Assembly: GCF_049240545.1 (NCBI RefSeq) | Contig: NZ_JBMLSK010000371.1 | Span: 21,608-85,607 of the forward strand | Direction: 5' to 3' | DNA: 64,000 nt | Source of the DNA: Roseateles sp. | Lineage (GTDB): Bacteria; Pseudomonadota; Gammaproteobacteria; Burkholderiales; Burkholderiaceae_C | Shown: piece after piece, positions 36,764-47,517 of the stretch | Position numbering within the stretch: the stretch's first letter is position 1 | How the letters are laid out: every line of letters begins with the position of its first letter | Program-made: the position numbers and the translations under genes | The notes under the pieces: model-generated | Told to the model about the DNA's origin: nothing | The model's database searches: none | What the model saw: the letters and a program-made list of their open reading frames with translations, nothing else

Positions 36764-39061
36764 TCAGCAGGGCGGCGAGCCCACCCAAGCCGATTGCGGC
36801 CGCCACTGACGCACCCAAGCGGGCAACAGCGACGCCGGCATCGGCCGCGCAATGCCATAGCCCTGCGCCAGCCTGCAACCCAGGCTGAGCAGCAAGGCGC
36901 CATGCTCGGTCGTCTCCACACCCTCGGCGACCACCTCGCAACCAAAGGCCTGCGCCATGCCGATGACGCTCTTGAGAATGGCGATATCGACCGGGTTGTC
37001 CAACATATCGCGCACAAAGCTTTGGTCGATCTTCAGCTGCGTGACCGGTAACCGCTTCAGATAGGTCAGCGAGGAGTAGCCGGTGCCAAAGTCATCCAGC
37101 GCAAAGTAGACGCCGAAGGCCTTGCACTCATTGACCACTTGCACCACATGAGCCATGTCCTCCAGCGCGGTGGTTTCCAGCACCTCCAGCGCCAGCCCGG
37201 CCGGGTTCACCTCCGGGTGCGCGGCCAGCAAAAACCGCAGCCGCTCGACAAAATTGCTCTGCTGCAACTGCCGCGCGCCCACATTGACGCTGACCGACAG
37301 CTCCAAGCCCTGGGCCTGCCACAACGCCATCTGCTGTAGCGCCGTATCGATCACCCATTCGCCCACCGACACGGCCAGCGGGTGATCCTCGATCGCCGGC
37401 AAGAATTCGGCCGGCGCCAGCAGCCCGCGCTGCGGATGCTGCCAGCGGATCAAGGCCTCGACGCCCACCACCCGACCGGCCCGCATATCGACCTTGGGTT
37501 GGTAGTACAGGACAAATTCTTTGTCTTCGAGCGCCTGTCGGATGCGGTGCAGGCTCTCATGATGGCCGCGCACACTGCGGTCCTGCTCGGCGTCGAAGAC
37601 GTGATAACGGTTCTTGCCCGCCAGCTTGGCTTGATACATGGCCTGGTCGGCCTGACGCAGCAACTGGTCGGCATCAATGTCGACGCCCTGGGGATAAAAG
37701 GTGACGCCCAGGCTGCCGGACACCTGCAGAGTCTTGCCCGCCACTTGCAAGGGCTGGGCCGCCGCGGCCAGCAGCCGGGTCAGCATCGGCAGGCTGGCCG
37801 CCACATCGGCCAGATCCACCAACACCGCCACAAACTCGTCGCCCCCCAGACGCGCCAGCGTATCGCCCTCGCGCAGCGTCTTTTTCATGTGCTCGGCCAA
37901 GGCCACCAACAACTGATCGCCAACCTCATGGCCATGGGCGTCATTGATGCCCTTGAAGCCATCCAAATCCAAAAACGCCACCGCCAGCTGATCGCCGTGG
38001 CGCTGCGCCTGCATCATGGCCTGCTGCAGCCGGTCGGCCAGCAGCAAGCGATTCGGCAGATGAGTCAGCGGATCAAAATGCGCCAGATGACGCAGCTTGT
38101 TCTCCTGCTCGCGCTGCAGCGTCACATCGGAAAACAGCGACACATAGTTGAGGGTAGCTCCCTCCGCATCGCGCACCGCAATGATGGTCTGCATCGAGGC
38201 AAACAACTCCCCGCTCTTGCGCCGGTTCCAGATGTCGACCTGCACATGGCCCAGGCTCCGCAGCTCGGCAAACATGCCGCGGTAAAAAGCCGTGTTCTGC
38301 CGCCCGCTGGCAAGCACGCGTGGGTTGCGCCCAATGATCTCGCTCGGTGCATAGCCGGTGATGCGGCTGAAGGCCTCGTTGACCGTCAGGATGGTGCCGT
38401 CGGGCGCGGTGATCATCATGCCCTCGCGGGCATGGGTGAAGACCTTGGCCGCCAAGGCATTGGCCTGCTCGGCCCGCTTGCGCGCCTCCACGTCCATGAC
38501 CGCCAGATGCATCAAGGTCTCGCTGCCCTCGCCCTGCGCGATCGAGGCTTGGATCTGCACCCAACGCATCCCGCCATTGGGGTCGCGCAATCGCAGCTCA
38601 AAAGACTGCGGCTCCGCGCTGCGCCGCAGCAGCAGGCGGTGGCGGTAAAAAATGTCTTGGTCGTCCGGGCAGATATGGGTCGAGAAGCGGTGGCGCAGCA
38701 GTTGGCTGCGCGGCAGCCCGAGCATCGTACCCAAGGCCAGATTGATACGCTCGATCATGCCCGCCTCGCTCAGGCTGCAATAGCCGACCGGGGCCAGGTC
38801 ATAGAGATCAAAGTAGCGCGAGCGCGAGGCCTCCAGCGCCAGCTGCGCATCGCGCAACTCCTGGTTCTGCATCTCCAACTCGATCTGGTGCACCTGCAAC
38901 TCATGCAGCACCGATTGCGGCACCTGCACCAGCGCCGCGCCCAGCGCATCCATGGGTGACCCGAGTTTCAGCGGGTCGAGAACCCGCGCTTCGGCGCGCT
39001 CACGCAGGCTCGGCAGCGCAGCGGTCGAAGCGGTCGAAGCGGAAGCATCATCAACACTCAT
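36764..39061 (-). CDS. PAS-PAS-GGDEF-EAL diguanylate cyclase/phosphodiesterase
   Basis: HELQVHQIELEMQNQEL coil, two PAS domains, DLDGFK, RLGGDEF, VEALIRW, DDFGTGYSSL, AEGVE, AQGY. Confidence 0.96.
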   Translation of the reverse strand: MSVDDASASTASTAALPSLRERAEARVLDPLKLGSPMDALGAALVQVPQSVLHELQVHQIELEMQNQELRDAQLALEASRSRYFDLYDLAPVGYCSLSEAGMIERINLALGTMLGLPRSQLLRHRFSTHICPDDQDIFYRHRLLLRRSAEPQSFELRLRDPNGGMRWVQIQASIAQGEGSETLMHLAVMDVEARKRAEQANALAAKVFTHAREGMMITAPDGTILTVNEAFSRITGYAPSEIIGRNPRVLASGRQNTAFYRGMFAELRSLGHVQVDIWNRRKSGELFASMQTIIAVRDAEGATLNYVSLFSDVTLQREQENKLRHLAHFDPLTHLPNRLLLADRLQQAMMQAQRHGDQLAVAFLDLDGFKGINDAHGHEVGDQLLVALAEHMKKTLREGDTLARLGGDEFVAVLVDLADVAASLPMLTRLLAAAAQPLQVAGKTLQVSGSLGVTFYPQGVDIDADQLLRQADQAMYQAKLAGKNRYHVFDAEQDRSVRGHHESLHRIRQALEDKEFVLYYQPKVDMRAGRVVGVEALIRWQHPQRGLLAPAEFLPAIEDHPLAVSVGEWVIDTALQQMALWQAQGLELSVSVNVGARQLQQSNFVERLRFLLAAHPEVNPAGLALEVLETTALEDMAHVVQVVNECKAFGVYFALDDFGTGYSSLTYLKRLPVTQLKIDQSFVRDMLDNPVDIAILKSVIGMAQAFGCEVVAEGVETTEHGALLLSLGCRLAQGYGIARPMPASLLPAWVRQWRPQSAWVGSPPC

Positions 39062-39073
39062 CGGTGTGGCAAC

Positions 39074-42000
39074 TCAGCTTTGGGCGGTCAGTGCCCGTTC
39101 GGTGGTCGACACAGCATAGGGCCGACCCGCGCTGTCGCACAAGGGTGAAGACACCACCAGCACTGCCAGCGTCCGGCCGTCCTTGCTGAGGCGCAGGGTC
39201 TGCAGCGGCTGCAGCAGATCGGCCGAGGCCAACTCATCCAGCGCCTGCTCGCGCAAGTCGGCCGGCACCCGGTCGCGCACATTCATGGCCAACGCCTCGG
39301 CCTCGCTCCAGCCATACAAGCGCGTGGCGGCGGGGTTCCAGGCCAAAGTGCGGCCGCTCAGGTCTTGCACAGTGATCGCGTCGGAGGCATCGCGCACCAC
39401 CACGGCCAGGCGCAGCAACTCGTTGGCATCGTGCAGCTGCTGGCGCGCCCGCACCATATCGGTGATGTCCACAAAGGAGATGACCGCACCCTCGATCACG
39501 TTGTCGAGCGTGCGATAGGGCTGGATGCGCATCGTGCACCACTTGCCCTCGCTGGTCTCGACCTCAATGGACTTGGACACCAGGCTGTCAAGCACCGCCT
39601 GCACATCGGGCACCAGGCGGTCATAGCCGACCAGCTTGGACACCAGATGACCGACCGGCCGGCCGGTGTCGCTCTGGATCAGGTTGATGAACTGGGTGGC
39701 CGCCGGCGTGAAGCGCAGGATGCGCAGCTGATGATCGACAAACACGGTGCCGATGCCGGTGCCGGCCAGCAGATTGTTCATGTCGTTGTTGGCACGCGAG
39801 AGGTCCACCACCTTGGTGCTCAGCTCGGTGTTGACGGTGGCCAACTCCTCGTTGACCGACTGCAACTCCTCCTTGGAGGTTTCCAGCTCCTCATTGGCCG
39901 ACTGCAACTCCTCGTTGACCGACTGCATTTCCTCGTTGGCCGATTTCAGTTCCTCGTTGGCGCTCTCCAGCTCCTCCTGGGTGCTCTGCAGATATTCGTC
40001 CTTGGCGCGCAGCTCGCGTTCCAGTTGCTCGACCCGCAAGCGCAACAGGGCCAAGTCGGCCGCTGCGGCGGCCACGGCGCTGGCCGCCGACCCCTCGCCC
40101 AAGCCCTCGGTAGCGGCGATGGCCGACTCCGCCTCACCGGCCAGGCCCGGGGTGAGCGCTGCCGGGGCCAGGTCGGCCGCCCCCAACTCTTCCAAGATGA
40201 CCAGGAACAGCGGCACCTGCCCCGCTGGCAGCGCGCCCGGCTGCACCGGCCGCACCGTCAGGTCGACCCGGCTGAAATGGCCATTCGTGCGCACCCGCAA
40301 ACCGGCCACTTGCACCGTGTCCTTCAACACAGCCGCCTTGTGCAAGGCCATGCTCAGCTCATGCTGCAAGCCTTCGCGCGCCATCTTCAGGATGTTGTTG
40401 ACGCCGGCCTCGCCCGGCGCCAGCTCCAGGAACATGCCGGTGCGCCCGTGCAGATACAGGATGTCGCCCTGCCCATTGACCAGGGCTCCGGCCGGCACCA
40501 CTTGCAAGAGCAAGGCTTGCTCGGTAATTTCTCGCAATGAGGATGACTTCATGAGACTCGCTGACTGAGGGCCGCCACGCAGCGGCCCGGCACTGAAACT
40601 TGCCCCCTGCGCCCCGGGCACTGCCGGACGCTGCGCCGACAACTGCGGCAAGGAGGCCTGGATGCGGCCGCTGCCGGCGCGCGGCTGGCCCGGCACATCG
40701 GGCCGGCGCCGGTACAGCTTGGCCTTGCGGTCGACCGCGCCAAACAAGAGGTCAAACTCGCCGACGCCCTCGCTGGAGCCCAAAAACAGGCTACCGCCCG
40801 GCTTCAGCGCATAGTGAAACAAAGGGATCACCTGCTTTTGCAACTCGGCGCCGAGGTAGATCAGCAGATTGCGGCAGCTGATCAGGTCAAGCTTGGAAAA
40901 CGGAGGGTCTTTGATCAGATTGTGCTCGGAGAACACCAGATGATCGCGCAGGCTTTTGCGCACGCGGTAGGCCGTGCCATCGGCCTCGGCGACGAAGAAG
41001 CGCGCCAAGCGCTCGGCCGACACATCGGTCGCGATGCTGCTGGGGTAGCGGCCCTCGCGTGCGACGGCGATCGCCCGGCTGTCGATGTCGGAGGCAAACA
41101 CCTGCAGGCGGTAGCCGCTGGGCAAGCTGTCCATATGCTCGAGCAAGAGCATTGCGATCGAATAAGCCTCTTCACCGGTGCTGCAGCCGGCCACCCAGAC
41201 GCGGATGGTCGCATCGGCCGGCTTGCCCTCAAACAAGCTCGGGATGCCCTGCTGCGCCAGCACATGAAAGGCCTCCGGATCCCGGAAGAAATTGGTCACG
41301 CCGATCAGCAGGTCGCGGAACAGCGCTTCCACCTCGGCCGGCGACTGCTGCAGATAGCGCGCATAGGCATCGACCGCGTCGATCTGATGCACCGCCATGC
41401 GCCTGTCGATGCGGCGGCAAATGGTGGTCGGTTTGTAATTGGAAAAGTCATGGCCGGTCTGCGCCCGCAGCTGTGCGTAGATCTTGCGCAGCTGCGAGTC
41501 GCTTTTATTGTTCCCTTCGGCCGGCTGCATGGTGGTGGCGCCGCGTCCGGCATAGATCAGCAGCTTGGCGCCCATCTCAGCCGCGTCCAACTCAAAGTCG
41601 ACCAGGCCGGTGGCAAGGGCGGCGCGCGGCATGCCGTCGAACTCGGCCGACTCGGGTGCCTGCACCAGGATCAGGCCGCCATGCGCCTTGATATCCCGCA
41701 GACCCTGGCTGCCGTCGCTGCCGGTGCCCGACAGCAGCACCGCCACCGCCCGCTCGCCCTGATCCTCGGCCAAGGAGCGGAAGAACAGATCGATCGGCAA
41801 GCGATGGCCGCGCTTGGCGCTCGGCTCCAGCAACTGCAGCAGGCCGTTCAGACAGGCCATGTCGCGATTCGGCGGCAGCACATAGACATGGTTGGCACGC
41901 AGCGGCATGCCGTCTTCGGCCTCCTGCACCGGCAGCGTGGTGTAGCGCTGCACCAGATCGCCGAGGATGCTGTTGTAGTCGGGGGACAGGTGTTGCAGCA

Positions 42001-42193
42001 GCACAAAGGCCATGCCGGGTTCGACATCGCTCGGCAAGCCGGCAAAAAAAGCTTCAAAAGCCGCCAAGCCGCCGGCCGAGGCCCCGATCGCCACGATAGG
42101 GAAGGCGCGCAGCTCCGGCGCGCTTGGGTCTGATGCCGCGGGGGGCGGCGAGTTCACCGGCACTGGGGCCGCGGGCGCGATACCGTCGTTCAT
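39074..42193 (-). CDS. CheB methylesterase-CheR methyltransferase fusion with coiled coil and PAS domains
   Basis: CheB triad IGASAGG/QHL/SGTGSDG; CheR LLIGVTNFFRD, WVAGCSTGEEAYS, DLISCRNLLIY; heptad EELQSANEEL; C-terminal PAS; no HisKA. Confidence 0.95.
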   Translation of the reverse strand: MNDGIAPAAPVPVNSPPPAASDPSAPELRAFPIVAIGASAGGLAAFEAFFAGLPSDVEPGMAFVLLQHLSPDYNSILGDLVQRYTTLPVQEAEDGMPLRANHVYVLPPNRDMACLNGLLQLLEPSAKRGHRLPIDLFFRSLAEDQGERAVAVLLSGTGSDGSQGLRDIKAHGGLILVQAPESAEFDGMPRAALATGLVDFELDAAEMGAKLLIYAGRGATTMQPAEGNNKSDSQLRKIYAQLRAQTGHDFSNYKPTTICRRIDRRMAVHQIDAVDAYARYLQQSPAEVEALFRDLLIGVTNFFRDPEAFHVLAQQGIPSLFEGKPADATIRVWVAGCSTGEEAYSIAMLLLEHMDSLPSGYRLQVFASDIDSRAIAVAREGRYPSSIATDVSAERLARFFVAEADGTAYRVRKSLRDHLVFSEHNLIKDPPFSKLDLISCRNLLIYLGAELQKQVIPLFHYALKPGGSLFLGSSEGVGEFDLLFGAVDRKAKLYRRRPDVPGQPRAGSGRIQASLPQLSAQRPAVPGAQGASFSAGPLRGGPQSASLMKSSSLREITEQALLLQVVPAGALVNGQGDILYLHGRTGMFLELAPGEAGVNNILKMAREGLQHELSMALHKAAVLKDTVQVAGLRVRTNGHFSRVDLTVRPVQPGALPAGQVPLFLVILEELGAADLAPAALTPGLAGEAESAIAATEGLGEGSAASAVAAAAADLALLRLRVEQLERELRAKDEYLQSTQEELESANEELKSANEEMQSVNEELQSANEELETSKEELQSVNEELATVNTELSTKVVDLSRANNDMNNLLAGTGIGTVFVDHQLRILRFTPAATQFINLIQSDTGRPVGHLVSKLVGYDRLVPDVQAVLDSLVSKSIEVETSEGKWCTMRIQPYRTLDNVIEGAVISFVDITDMVRARQQLHDANELLRLAVVVRDASDAITVQDLSGRTLAWNPAATRLYGWSEAEALAMNVRDRVPADLREQALDELASADLLQPLQTLRLSKDGRTLAVLVVSSPLCDSAGRPYAVSTTERALTAQS
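39830..39990 (-). repeat. 21-nt-period heptad repeats encoding the CheBR coiled coil
   Basis: EELESAN-EELKSAN-EEMQSVN-EELQSAN-EELETSK-EELQSVN-EELATVN. Confidence 0.85.
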
Positions 42194-42300
42194 GCATTCC
42201 TTTATTGGACGGACATCTTGGCCTTGTCACGGCCTCAAGCGTTGTAACCCGAATTTGACGATAAAAACCAAGCTCAAGTACGCAGCATCACAAGCCAAAA

Positions 42301-42331
42301 CACCGAAGCCCTCTGAGCGAGGGCTTCGGTG
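42301..42331 (-). terminator. Terminator hairpin after the PsiF-repeat gene
   Basis: 13-bp stem CACCGAAGCCCTC-tgagc-GAGGGCTTCGGTG; short U tract on the minus strand. Confidence 0.75.
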
Positions 42332-42355
42332 CCTTCACTTCTGAACTGTGGACGC

Positions 42356-42739
42356 TTACTTGGCCGCGTCAGCCACGCATTTCTTCTCGAAGGCGGTCTT
42401 GGCAGCGCCATGCAGCTTCTTCTCTGCCGACTTGGCTGCGCAACTGGTCGCTGCATCATTGGCCGGTGCAGAGGCTGCGCTGGGGCCGCCATCGGCCACG
42501 CACTTCTTGACGAAGCTGGTCTTGGCCGCGCCATGCAACTTCTTCTCGGCGGCTTGGGCTTCGCAGGCGGGGTTGCCGGCGGCCGGATGATCGGCATTGC
42601 ACTTCTTCAAAAAGCTGGTCTTGGCGGCACCGGCCAGCTTTTTCTCGGCCGCCTGGGCATCACAAGTCGCCTCAGCCGCATGGGCGGCACCGCCGAAAGC
42701 AAGAGCGAGCACGGTCACAAAACCAAACAGCTTTTTCAT
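42356..42739 (-). CDS. Periplasmic PsiF-repeat protein (three repeats)
   Basis: Signal MKKLFGFVTVLALAFGGAAHA; three C-x-A-x-A-A-E-K-K-L-x-G-A-A-K-T-x-F-x-K-K-C repeats. Confidence 0.88.
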   Translation of the reverse strand: MKKLFGFVTVLALAFGGAAHAAEATCDAQAAEKKLAGAAKTSFLKKCNADHPAAGNPACEAQAAEKKLHGAAKTSFVKKCVADGGPSAASAPANDAATSCAAKSAEKKLHGAAKTAFEKKCVADAAK

Positions 42740-42841
42740 AAATGAATCCTTTGGATTGAAGGGAAAGAGTAGCCGCGCAGGGAGTTCGGATTGAACGTTA
42801 GCGACATTCAAGCATGACAACGCGACAGACTCAAGACGGGT

Positions 42842-44221
42842 TTACATGATTCTGCGCGGATGCGCCAAAGCCTCGTGCGCGGCATGCAGGCGCCGCACCA
42901 GCACCTGAATGAAGCCACGGTCAAAACGGTGCTGGCATTCGGGGCTCAACTGGCCCAGCGATTCGGGCGTGAAGGAGATCGTGGTGCAAATTTCACTGAC
43001 CCGCACATCGGTGCTGTGCCGGCGCAAATCGGGGTTAGGCGCCAGATAGGCCATTTCGCCAACCGAGGTACCCTGCCCCAGCGTGGCCACCTTGTTGCCG
43101 TCGCGGAAGACCTCCACCGCGCCTTGGGCAATGATGTGAAAGGTGTTGCCCTCCTGCCCTTTTTTATAGAGCGCATGGTCCAAGGGAAAGCGCCGCCAGC
43201 GCGCCCGGTGCACCACCTCCCAGAGCTCCACATCGCCAAAGTCGGCAAAAAACTCCAGCTCGCGCAACATATTGAAGCGCTCGGAATCCTTCACCTCATA
43301 GAGCCGAGCCAGCGGCACCAGTTGCTTGGCGACGAGTTCCGACAGCGCCCGAGCAAAAGACTCCCAATCGGGGTAACGCTCCTGAGGATGCTTGGACAAG
43401 GCCTTCAGAATCACCGCATCCAGTTCGGCCGTGACACCGCCCCGCAGCCCCACCAGCGTCGGCGCCGCCTGGTGGTAGATCTGGTGCATCAAGGCCATCT
43501 GGCTGGGCGCATCAAAAGGCGGCCGGCCGGCGATCAGGTGATAAAGCACGGCGCCCAGCGCATAGATGTCGGCGCGGCAGTCGACATCGCCGCCCTCGAT
43601 CTGCTCCGGCGGCATGTAGGCGAGGGAACCGACACGGTGCACCTGGGTCGAATCGGAATGCAAATTCAAGGCGCTGCCGAAGTCGCTGACCTTGACATCG
43701 GTGACCTGTCCCTGCGCATCCAGCACGGCCAGCAAATTGGCCGGCTTCACATCACGGTGGATCAAACCCTGCCTGAAGACATAGGACAAGGCCATGGCGC
43801 ACTTGAAACCCAGCTCGACGATTTGATCCAGCGGCAAGAGCCGATCGCTGCGGCAAAAATGCTTCAGCGTGACCCCGGGGACAAACTCCATCACCAAGAA
43901 GGGCGCATCTTGATCCGGCACCGCATCCAGAATCTGCACCACATTGGGATGCTGCAAACGGCCCGCCAAAGCCGCCTCGGCGGCATAAAAGCGCGAGCCA
44001 AAGTCACTTTGCTGGCCGCTGCGGCTGTGCGTGGCCCAAGACCGCATGCGTTTGATCGCCACCTCGGTCTGGCGAAACGCATCCGCCGCCAAGAACACAT
44101 CGCTGGTCGCGCCCTCACCCAGGCGCCGCAGGACCTTGTACTTGCCGATATAGGCGGGCAAGTCGGGGCTGGCTTCGAGGGGGAGGTCGAGGTCCGAGGA
44201 CATGCCGAACATCATACGCAA
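42842..44221 (-). CDS. Hanks-type Ser/Thr kinase with C-terminal cyclic-nucleotide-binding domain (start may be a few codons downstream)
   Basis: LGEGATSDV, VAIK, HRDVKPANLL, DFG, YMPPE; C-terminal LYKKGQEGNTFHIIAQGAVEV...GEMAYL..RHSTDV. Confidence 0.92.
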   Translation of the reverse strand: MRMMFGMSSDLDLPLEASPDLPAYIGKYKVLRRLGEGATSDVFLAADAFRQTEVAIKRMRSWATHSRSGQQSDFGSRFYAAEAALAGRLQHPNVVQILDAVPDQDAPFLVMEFVPGVTLKHFCRSDRLLPLDQIVELGFKCAMALSYVFRQGLIHRDVKPANLLAVLDAQGQVTDVKVSDFGSALNLHSDSTQVHRVGSLAYMPPEQIEGGDVDCRADIYALGAVLYHLIAGRPPFDAPSQMALMHQIYHQAAPTLVGLRGGVTAELDAVILKALSKHPQERYPDWESFARALSELVAKQLVPLARLYEVKDSERFNMLRELEFFADFGDVELWEVVHRARWRRFPLDHALYKKGQEGNTFHIIAQGAVEVFRDGNKVATLGQGTSVGEMAYLAPNPDLRRHSTDVRVSEICTTISFTPESLGQLSPECQHRFDRGFIQVLVRRLHAAHEALAHPRRIM

Positions 44222-44253
44222 GCGGCAGCGGTAGGCACCCGTAGAATTGCTGC

Positions 44254-45972
44254 ATGATCCAAGCCAAGCACGACCTGCTCGCCGCCCTGGGCGAAGCCAT
44301 CCAGGAAAACAGCCCCGGCGCCACGCTGGCGGCCGCCTTTGAATCGCCCAAGCAGGCCAGCCACGGCGACTTCGCCTGCACGGCCGCCATGCAGCTGGCG
44401 AAACCGCTGAAAAAGAACCCCCGAGAGCTGGCTCAGGCGCTGATTGATGCGCTGAATGCCAAGCCCGCCTTCCAAACCTGGGTGGCGGCGCTGGAAATTG
44501 CCGGCCCCGGCTTTATCAATATCCGTCTGAAGGACGCCGCCAAGCAGGCCGTGGTCAGCGAAGTGTTGGGCGCCGCCGAGGCCTTCGGCCAGCAGCCGGC
44601 CAATGATCGCCATGTGATGGTGGAATTTGTCTCCGCCAACCCGACCGGGCCGCTGCATGTGGGCCACGCCCGCCAAGCCGCGCTGGGCGATGCGCTGTGC
44701 AGCTTGTTCAAGACCCAGGGCTCGGACGTCACCCGCGAGTTCTATTACAACGACGCCGGCGTGCAGATCGCCACCCTGGCCAATTCCACCCAGTGCCGCC
44801 TGAAGGGCATCAAGCCCGGCGACGCCGGATGGCCCGAGAGCGCCTACAACGGCGACTACATCCAGGACATCGCCGACGCCTTCCTGGCCAAGAAGACGGT
44901 GGTGGCCGATGACCGCCAGTTCACCGCCTCCGGCGATATCGAAGACCTGGACAGCATCCGCCAGTTCGCCGTGGCCTATCTGCGCCACGAGCAAGACCTG
45001 GACCTGCAGGCCTTCGGCCTCAAGTTCGATAGCTATTTCCTGGAAAGCGGCCTCTACAGCAGCGGCCGGGTCGAAGACACCGTCGCCAAGCTGATCGCCA
45101 ATGGCAAGACCTATGAAGAAGGCGGCGCGCTGTGGCTGCGCACCACCGACTACGGCGATGACAAAGACCGCGTGATGCGTAAAAGCGAGGGCGGCTACAC
45201 CTACTTTGTGCCCGATGTGGCCTATCACATCGACAAGTTCCAGCGCGGCTACAGCAAGTGCATCAATGTGCAGGGCAGCGACCACCACGGCACGATTGCC
45301 CGGGTGCGCGGCGGCTTGCAGGCGGCCGAGGTGGGCATCCCGCAAGGCTTCCCCGACTACATCTTGCACAAGATGGTCACGGTGATGAAGGGCGGCGAGG
45401 AGGTCAAGATCTCCAAGCGCGCCGGCTCTTACGTGACGCTGCGCGACCTGATCGACTGGACCAGCCGCGATGCGGTGCGTTTCTTCCTGATCGGGCGCAA
45501 GGCCGACACCGAGTTCATCTTCGACGTCGACCTGGCGCTGAAGCAAAACGACGAGAACCCGGTGTTCTATGTGCAGTATGCGCACGCCCGCATCTGCTCG
45601 GTGATCCGCAACTGGGTGGCACGCGGCGGCGATGAGTCGACGCTGAAGAGCGCCGACCTGAGCCTGCTGAGCGCGCCGACCGAGGCCGCGCTGATGCTGA
45701 AGCTGGCCGACTACCCGCGCATGCTCAGCAGCGCCGCCGAGTCGCTGGCCCCGCACGATGTGGCCTTTTACCTGCGCGACCTGGCCGGCTGCTATCACAG
45801 CTACTATGCGGCCGAGCGCGTGCTGGACCAGGCGCCCGAGCTGAGCCAGGCCCGGGTCGCCCTGCTGGCCGCCACCCGCCAGGTGCTGCGCAATGCACTG
45901 ACGGTGTTGGGCGTTAGCGCGCCCGAGGTGATGTCGCGCGAAGTCGCCAACGAGTCCACGGAGAACGCATGA
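44254..45972 (+). CDS. argS: Arginine--tRNA ligase
   Basis: [47 protein letters not shown]. Confidence 0.98.
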   Translation: MIQAKHDLLAALGEAIQENSPGATLAAAFESPKQASHGDFACTAAMQLAKPLKKNPRELAQALIDALNAKPAFQTWVAALEIAGPGFINIRLKDAAKQAVVSEVLGAAEAFGQQPANDRHVMVEFVSANPTGPLHVGHARQAALGDALCSLFKTQGSDVTREFYYNDAGVQIATLANSTQCRLKGIKPGDAGWPESAYNGDYIQDIADAFLAKKTVVADDRQFTASGDIEDLDSIRQFAVAYLRHEQDLDLQAFGLKFDSYFLESGLYSSGRVEDTVAKLIANGKTYEEGGALWLRTTDYGDDKDRVMRKSEGGYTYFVPDVAYHIDKFQRGYSKCINVQGSDHHGTIARVRGGLQAAEVGIPQGFPDYILHKMVTVMKGGEEVKISKRAGSYVTLRDLIDWTSRDAVRFFLIGRKADTEFIFDVDLALKQNDENPVFYVQYAHARICSVIRNWVARGGDESTLKSADLSLLSAPTEAALMLKLADYPRMLSSAAESLAPHDVAFYLRDLAGCYHSYYAAERVLDQAPELSQARVALLAATRQVLRNALTVLGVSAPEVMSREVANESTENA

Positions 45973-46709
45973 GTCAACAGGGCGCAAAGCCACAACAAAA
46001 GACCGCAGCCAAAGGTCAGGCCAAGAGTCAACGCGGGGGTTTTGTTCTGGGCATGATCGTCGGCCTGCTGCTGGGTCTGGCCGTTGCCCTGGGCGTGGCG
46101 CTCTACATCACCAAGGTGCCGGTGCCCTTCATCAACAAGGTGCCGCAACGTACCGCCGAGAACGACGCCGAAGAAGCCGCCCGCAACAAGAACTGGGACC
46201 CCAACGCGCCCTTGGCCGGCAAGGCCGGCGCCAAGATCTCCAGCGGCGTGGTCGGTGGCGTGGCCCCGGCCCCCAATGGCGCCGCTTCGGCTGCCGTGAT
46301 GCCGGCAGCGACAACAGCCACAACGGCGGCCACACCGGCAGCCTCCAGCGCAGCAGCGACGGCCAGCGCAAAGCCGGCCGAAAAGCCGGTCGAGAAACCC
46401 ATCGACAAGGCCGCCGAGAAGCCCGCAGAGAAGAAGACCGATGCCAAGACGGCAGCCGCCGCTGCGGCCGACCCCTTCATCTACTTTGTGCAAGCCGGGG
46501 CTTTCGTGAAAGCGGAAGACGCCGAGCAGCAACGCGCCAAGCTGGCCATGCTGGGCTTCAGCGCCAAGGTGATGGAGCGCGAACAATCGGGCCGCACCGT
46601 GCTACGGGTGCGCTTGGGCCCGATGGATGTGCGCGATGAGGCCGAAGAATTGCAAAAGAAGGTCGAGGCCGCTGGCATCGAAGCCAATCTGGTCCGCGTG
46701 CAGCGTTGA
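45969..46709 (+). CDS. SPOR-domain cell-division protein (FtsN-like)
   Basis: Single TM, A/P/K-rich linker, FVQAGAF...RVRLGP SPOR domain; ATGA overlap with argS. Confidence 0.92.
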   Translation: MSQQGAKPQQKTAAKGQAKSQRGGFVLGMIVGLLLGLAVALGVALYITKVPVPFINKVPQRTAENDAEEAARNKNWDPNAPLAGKAGAKISSGVVGGVAPAPNGAASAAVMPAATTATTAATPAASSAAATASAKPAEKPVEKPIDKAAEKPAEKKTDAKTAAAAAADPFIYFVQAGAFVKAEDAEQQRAKLAMLGFSAKVMEREQSGRTVLRVRLGPMDVRDEAEELQKKVEAAGIEANLVRVQR

Positions 46710-46793
46710 AGCCCGGCGGCGCTCCTTGCAGGCGCCCTGAGTACCCCCCCTGATTTCACAGCTGAATTCCACTGTCCGCCCTAGGATTTGAAG

Positions 46794-47480
46794 ATGATCA
46801 AGCGACGCGATTTTTCCGCCACACTGGGCTCATTGGGTCTAGGGACCCTGGCCATCGCTGCGGCCCTGCCCGGCGTGGCGCAGGCCCAAGGCGGCCCGGT
46901 CGAAGGCAAGCAGTTCCTTCGCCTGGCCAAGCCCCTGCCGCTGGCACAACCGGGCAAGGTCGAGGTGATCGAGTTCTTCTGGTACGGTTGCCCGCATTGC
47001 TTCGCCTTTGATCCCACACTCAATGCCTGGGTCAAGCAGTTGCCGGCGGACGTGAGCTTCCGCCGCGTCCACGTCTCCTGGAACGCCTACAACAAGCTGC
47101 ATCAGCGCCTGTTTTTCGCCCTGGAAGCCCTGGGCAAAGAGGCCGAGTTGCATGAGCGGGTGTTCCACGCCTTCCAAGTCGAGCGCCTGCCGCTGGACAG
47201 CGAAAAGTCCATCACCGAACTGGCCGTCAAGCTGGGTTTGGACGGCGCCAAGTTCTCGGCCGCCTTCAACAACTTCGGCATGAACGCCAAGTGCGAGCAA
47301 GCCAACAAGCTGTCCGAGGCTTACCAGATCGATGGTGTGCCGGCCCTGGGTATCGGCGGCATGTTCCTGACCTCGCCATCGAAAGCCGGCGTTCGCGGAC
47401 AGTCCGAACAATTGCAAGGCAAGCAAGCGATTGCCGTTGCTGACCACCTGATCAATCTGGCGCGCCAGCGCAAGGGCTAA
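46794..47480 (+). CDS. dsbA: DsbA-family thiol:disulfide oxidoreductase, copy 1
   Basis: EFFWYGCPHC, cis-Pro loop DGVP. Confidence 0.93.
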   Translation: MIKRRDFSATLGSLGLGTLAIAAALPGVAQAQGGPVEGKQFLRLAKPLPLAQPGKVEVIEFFWYGCPHCFAFDPTLNAWVKQLPADVSFRRVHVSWNAYNKLHQRLFFALEALGKEAELHERVFHAFQVERLPLDSEKSITELAVKLGLDGAKFSAAFNNFGMNAKCEQANKLSEAYQIDGVPALGIGGMFLTSPSKAGVRGQSEQLQGKQAIAVADHLINLARQRKG

Positions 47481-47517
47481 AACCGCCCGGCTCGCAACTC
47501 ACAAGGAAACACAGTCG

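Noticed and set aside
46300-46470. Low-complexity A/T/P/K repeats in the SPOR gene
   Set aside because: Ordinary flexible linker of FtsN/DedD-type proteins.
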